This document shows, piece by piece, positions 59,545 to 64,000 of a stretch of 64,000 bases of DNA. Numbering within the stretch: position 1 is the stretch's first letter; the number at the start of each line of letters is the position of its first letter. The stretch spans positions 3,680,001 through 3,744,000 of the forward strand of contig OY761556.1 in assembly GCA_963664705.1 (NCBI GenBank), given 5' to 3'. Source of the stretch: Acidobacteriota bacterium (GTDB lineage: Bacteria; Acidobacteriota; UBA6911). Position numbers and translations under genes: made by a program. A model generated the notes under the pieces. That model was given only the letters and a program-made list of their open reading frames with translations. It did not search any database and had not been told where the DNA came from.

Positions 59545-59799
59545 ATGGATAAAGACATCAGTTTGCGGACCATAGAATTTATCAGGACCCACTTTCCGCT
59601 GGCGCGAAAGCAATCCATAAATGAAACCACGCCACTTCTCGAAACGGGCATTATCGATTCCCTTGGAATCCTGGATCTTGTAGCCTTTATCGAAGATGCA
59701 TTTGCGGTTCACGTGGATGATGATGATCTAACGCCTGAGCATTTTGCCTCGGTGCAAACCATCTCCGATATGGTTCAAGGTAAGGCTAGGCGCGCTTAA
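59545..59799 (+). CDS. Acyl/aminoacyl carrier protein
   Basis: LLETGIIDSLGILDLVAFIED (phosphopantetheine Ser); acidic 84 aa. Confidence 0.9.
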   Translation: MDKDISLRTIEFIRTHFPLARKQSINETTPLLETGIIDSLGILDLVAFIEDAFAVHVDDDDLTPEHFASVQTISDMVQGKARRA

Positions 59800-59829
59800 A
59801 CTCACTATTACGGGCAACCCGGAAAAAGT

Positions 59830-60420
59830 ATGAATCTACTAAACAAATTAGCCAGTGCATCCTTCCTGATTGTCGGTTGTATTGTATTGATCGCATCTTT
59901 GACGATCCATTCTGTCCATGCAGAGCAAGACCGCTCCGGCATTCGGATCCCCAACTTAAGGCAAACCGCAATGAGAGGAATGACACATTACAATACCGGG
60001 CCCTGTACCGGCGAAATCCTCAATGCACATTTCTATCCAGGGCTTCTTGAATATCTGGATGGCAATTATGCCTATGCCGTATCACAAATGGATTACTTTA
60101 TCGACAGGCCTGATTACACAAAGATGAATCCCAACCAATCGGAGTATTTCAGCATTGCGCACTATATTCGAGGAAGCATCCTGCTGGAGCATGCGGTTGG
60201 CAACCGGCGATTCCAATTGGCCATCAGTGATCTCGAGGCATCCATTAACTGGAACAAGCAGAATTATCAATCCTACATAAAACTGGCTGCTGCCTATAAA
60301 GAAACAGACATGAAGGAACGCGCGGTCAGTATCCTCAAATCGCTGCTGACCTTGCCAGCCCCGGAAACCATAAAGCAGGAAGCCGTTCAGACGTTGACTG
60401 CTCTGACAGAAAAACAGTAA
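59830..60420 (+). CDS. Secreted TPR-like protein
   Basis: Signal peptide; AHYIRG, YIKLAAAY helical repeats. Confidence 0.6.
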   Translation: MNLLNKLASASFLIVGCIVLIASLTIHSVHAEQDRSGIRIPNLRQTAMRGMTHYNTGPCTGEILNAHFYPGLLEYLDGNYAYAVSQMDYFIDRPDYTKMNPNQSEYFSIAHYIRGSILLEHAVGNRRFQLAISDLEASINWNKQNYQSYIKLAAAYKETDMKERAVSILKSLLTLPAPETIKQEAVQTLTALTEKQ

Positions 60421-60480
60421 TTCCTCACGAACGTCTTTGAGTTCTCTCGAGCCATACATTTTCTCTGGAACAATTCTTAT

Positions 60481-61521
60481 ATGAATAAAAGCGTGTGGCA
60501 GGTTTTCAATGCCCTGGAACGATTTGAAGAAGTGCGCCAGCAATGGGATCAGCTAAACCATAGCGATGCAAATCATATTCTGCTGGATTCCCGATTCATT
60601 GCCGCGCTGCTTCGCCATTTTGCATCAAATACGGTGATGCTTGCATCTAAACCCGGCGCTTGCATGTGCCTTATTCAAAGAAACAAGATAGGACTGTGGT
60701 CTACCTTCCAACCCTCCCAGGCACCCATTGGCTTGATTATGGGCTCCCACGCGCAAGTGGGCGTTCCCGCAATCAAAGAACTCATGGCGTCCTTGCCCGG
60801 CTATGCCATCCAGATCAGCATCCTGCAGCAGGACCCCGCCTACTGCAGCCTGCCAAGGACCTCGGACAGCTCCGATGTGCGGTTCATGGATTATATCCAG
60901 ACTTCACGGCTAAAGATTGAGGGACAATTTGAGGATTACTGGAATAAACGAAGCCGAAATCTCAAGCACAATTTGGACAGGCAGGCTCGAAGGATTGGAG
61001 AGGAGGGTCAAAATATAGAACTGTGCTGTGAGAAAGACCCGCCTCAAATGGCCGGGTGCGTGAATGAGCATGGGAGGATGGAGAGCGAAGGCTGGAAGGG
61101 CAAGGAAGGCACAGCTATTTCGTCAGACAACACTCAGGGCCGATTTTATCGGGACTTGATGGCCACATTTGCATCCACCGACGAGGCTCGAGTATATCAG
61201 CTGAAACTGAATGGTCGTGTTATCGCAAGCGATCTCTGCCTGTCGCGTAAAGGGATGCTTATAGTTTTAAAGACCGCGTATGACGAGACCATCCAGGGCT
61301 TTTCCCCTGCACTTTTGATGAGAAAAAAGATAGTGGAGCGACTGTTCGCAGAAAAAGAAATTGAAGTTATTGAGTTTTATGGGAAGGTAAGGACCTGGCA
61401 CCTGCAATGGACCGAAGATGTTCGGGATATGTATCACGTCGATGTTTTCCGCGCACCCATTGCGGCAACAATCCGGGATTGGATAAAAAGTGCAAGACAA
61501 CATGCAGAGCCACCTGTTTAG
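60481..61521 (+). CDS. GNAT family protein (CelD/BcsL type)
   Basis: FEDYW..RSRNL, GWKGKEGTAI, LKTAYDE, SPALL. Confidence 0.82.
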   Translation: MNKSVWQVFNALERFEEVRQQWDQLNHSDANHILLDSRFIAALLRHFASNTVMLASKPGACMCLIQRNKIGLWSTFQPSQAPIGLIMGSHAQVGVPAIKELMASLPGYAIQISILQQDPAYCSLPRTSDSSDVRFMDYIQTSRLKIEGQFEDYWNKRSRNLKHNLDRQARRIGEEGQNIELCCEKDPPQMAGCVNEHGRMESEGWKGKEGTAISSDNTQGRFYRDLMATFASTDEARVYQLKLNGRVIASDLCLSRKGMLIVLKTAYDETIQGFSPALLMRKKIVERLFAEKEIEVIEFYGKVRTWHLQWTEDVRDMYHVDVFRAPIAATIRDWIKSARQHAEPPV

Positions 61522-62659
61522 CATCCCAAAGGATCAATTCCTTCAGCTGCAATTCCTGAAATGGCGGAATTCCCTTCCTGATCCGAATTCCACCTATCAC
61601 TTTTATTTGGCACGGAATGCAATCTACAGCGCTCTGAAACTGTTGAAAATTGATCCGAATTCCACCGTATTACTTCCGAGCTATATTTGCCGCGCAGCCG
61701 TTGAACCTGTGTCGGCATACGGGTGCAGAGTTGTCTATTATGGAATTCAAGAAAATTGCGCAGCGGACATAGACGATTTGGAGAGGAAGCTGGAAGGAAA
61801 TGCCCGCCTCGTCCTGGCAGTTCATTATTTTGGATTTCCACAACAAATGGACCAGATCCGGAAGCTTTGTGACAGCCGGGGAGCCAAACTCATTGAAGAC
61901 TGTGCCCATCAATTGGGAGGATTAGGTCAGGGCCCATTGGGGGAAGGCCCGGGTGATGTCCGTATATTCAGCCTGAGAAAACAGCTCCCGGTATATGACG
62001 GTGCATTGCTCCACATGCGAAGCCCGATCGATCTGCCGATTCAGTGGCAGCTTGACGATTTCATGCATACCATGAAGGCAACCCTTGATCTCCTTTCCTA
62101 TTCGGCCCGCAGAGGAAAGCCCGGATCACAGGGTGCATTGGCCAGTGCCGGCAGGACTGTAAAAAAACTGCTCCGCAATCGGCTTTTGTCGCGGGAAACG
62201 CAGACTGAACTCAAGAAGATCTCGGAAACAGGTTCAGATTTTAGCGCAGATATGGCAACAATGCCGATGACACGAATTTCCCGCTGGATTTACCGCCATA
62301 TGGATTTTGACAAAATAATGGAGCGGAGAAGGGAAAATTACGTCTTTTTATCCAATGCACTCCGAACTGAAAGACGGATCACCCTCCTATATCCTGAGTT
62401 GGACGAGGGTGTTTGCCCGTGGGTGTTGCCTTTCCATATTAGGGGATTCAAGGATGCCCATTTACGGATGCGAGCCGAAGGCATCCCAGCTGTAACATGG
62501 GGAGGAGTCCGCCCGGAGAGCCTGACTCGAGGGGATTATCCGGAGGCAGATTTTCTCTATGACAATTTGATCTTCCTTCCCGTTCATCAAAGCCTCAAAA
62601 GGAATGATCTGGCATTGATTTCTACAACTGTATCCCGGGTTTTACGCGCTTCAGAATAA
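61502..62659 (+). CDS. DegT/DnrJ-like PLP-dependent aminotransferase
   Basis: ARNAI, LPSYIC, VHYFGF, IEDCAH, FSLRK, LPVHQ. Confidence 0.85.
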   Translation: MQSHLFSIPKDQFLQLQFLKWRNSLPDPNSTYHFYLARNAIYSALKLLKIDPNSTVLLPSYICRAAVEPVSAYGCRVVYYGIQENCAADIDDLERKLEGNARLVLAVHYFGFPQQMDQIRKLCDSRGAKLIEDCAHQLGGLGQGPLGEGPGDVRIFSLRKQLPVYDGALLHMRSPIDLPIQWQLDDFMHTMKATLDLLSYSARRGKPGSQGALASAGRTVKKLLRNRLLSRETQTELKKISETGSDFSADMATMPMTRISRWIYRHMDFDKIMERRRENYVFLSNALRTERRITLLYPELDEGVCPWVLPFHIRGFKDAHLRMRAEGIPAVTWGGVRPESLTRGDYPEADFLYDNLIFLPVHQSLKRNDLALISTTVSRVLRASE

Positions 62660-62669
62660 TTCATCCTCC

Positions 62670-63929
62670 ATGAAAAACATTTTGATGGTTGCATTTCACT
62701 TTCCGCCGCAATCGGGCAGCAGCGGAATTTTGCGAACGCTGAAATTCTGCCGCTATCTCCCGGATTTTGGGTGGAAACCAACCGTTCTCACGGCGCATCC
62801 GCGTGCCTATGAAAAAACGGATCAGGGCCAATTGGCAGAGATACCTGAAAATGTTACGGTTTTGAGGCCATTTGCCCTGGATTCCAAACGTCATTTATCG
62901 ATAAGGGGACGCCATTCGCGTCTTTTGTCTCTTCCCGATCCATGGGTTTGGTGGACTATTGGGGCGGTTCCAGCTGCAATGCGCCACATGCGCCAACAAC
63001 AAACCGACGCCATCTTCAGCACCTATCCAATCGCCAGCGCGCAACTCATCGGTTATCTACTCCATCGTCTCACCTCAAAGCCATGGATCGTGGATCTTCG
63101 CGACTCCATGACCGAGGACAACTATCCTGTAAACAAAACTGTTCGCAAGACATATCTCTGGATAGAACGAAAGGCAGCAAAATATGCGTCGCTGATGATT
63201 TTTACCGCACCTTCCGCTCAAAAGATGTACCTTCAACGCTATCCTTCGCTTCATCCGGATCGCACATGCGTAATCCCCAATGGTTTTGACCGCTCGGATT
63301 TTTCCGGCATTTCATCCACCAATTCTGGAGCGGACAAGGAGTACCCCCTGCATCTAGTACATAATGGCCTGATATACCCTGAAGAGCGGGATCCGCGACC
63401 CTTCTTTGCGGCACTGGCGGAACTGAAGAAATCCGGCCAAATCAGTTCCCAAAAGCTGAAGGTGGAATTGAGAGCCTCCGGATCGGAATCATCCTACCAG
63501 GCAATCCTCAACGCAGCCCAAATTGATGATATCGTGACACTTCAGCCACAGATCAGCTATAGATCATCGCTTGAGGAATGCATGAATGCGGATGGCATGC
63601 TGCTTTTTCAAGCACGAAATTGCGATCATCAAATTCCGGCCAAAGTATATGAATACTTCGCCATTGGAAAGCCGATTCTGGCTTTGACTTCAGAGAGCGG
63701 GGATACCGCCAGGCTTCTCAATGAAGTGGGCGGAACCACCATGGCCGACATTGCCGATCAGAATAATATCGCTTGTCAACTGGTGGACTTCCTGAATAAA
63801 ATTTATTCAAAGCAGCATCCTGTGCCGGATCCGCAGAGGGCAGAAGCTTTCTCACGCAGAAATGGAGCCAAAACACTTGCAGCGCATCTTACCAGACTGA
63901 CAGCCACTGAAAAAACCGCGAGATCCTGA
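62670..63929 (+). CDS. GT4-like glycosyltransferase
   Basis: FHFPP..SSGILR, DLRDSM, IPNGFD, PAKVYEY. Confidence 0.88.
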   Translation: MKNILMVAFHFPPQSGSSGILRTLKFCRYLPDFGWKPTVLTAHPRAYEKTDQGQLAEIPENVTVLRPFALDSKRHLSIRGRHSRLLSLPDPWVWWTIGAVPAAMRHMRQQQTDAIFSTYPIASAQLIGYLLHRLTSKPWIVDLRDSMTEDNYPVNKTVRKTYLWIERKAAKYASLMIFTAPSAQKMYLQRYPSLHPDRTCVIPNGFDRSDFSGISSTNSGADKEYPLHLVHNGLIYPEERDPRPFFAALAELKKSGQISSQKLKVELRASGSESSYQAILNAAQIDDIVTLQPQISYRSSLEECMNADGMLLFQARNCDHQIPAKVYEYFAIGKPILALTSESGDTARLLNEVGGTTMADIADQNNIACQLVDFLNKIYSKQHPVPDPQRAEAFSRRNGAKTLAAHLTRLTATEKTARS

Positions 63930-64000
63930 GTCCGGCATAATCCAAGAGTCATAATTGTGATGATCCACACCATCTATGCCAGCTTTTTGCCGAATAATCA

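Overview
Bacterial chromosomal window, most likely from an Acidobacteriota member (inferred from gene content and style, not tested). The left ~27 kb is housekeeping: SLT, nadA-nadC with two NadQ-type operators, lepB, tadA, a NYN/LOTUS protein, a SpoIVB-S55/beta-propeller/TPR trio, mobA, smc, purC, cvpA, CIRCE-groES-groEL, an ArnT-like GT, cysS, yraN and tRNA-Gly. The middle (27-36 kb) is accessory: DsrE, a CLC channel with a candidate Na+ riboswitch, an adjacent dockerin gene and cohesin-FN3x9 gene, a Phd/VapC toxin-antitoxin pair, and a candidate sRNA. The right ~27.5 kb is an exosortase-A/PEP-CTERM-type exopolysaccharide locus that runs off the window edge. Inside it sits the best candidate for an uncharacterised system: an 80-aa twin-arginine peptide with a short Ser/Thr/His-rich tail, directly followed by a PqqD/RRE protein, an HprK-related kinase and a nucleotidyltransferase. 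This looks like a RiPP-like peptide phosphorylation/nucleotidylation cassette with its probable substrate. Family assignments come from recognised motifs and recall of family models; no database searches were run.
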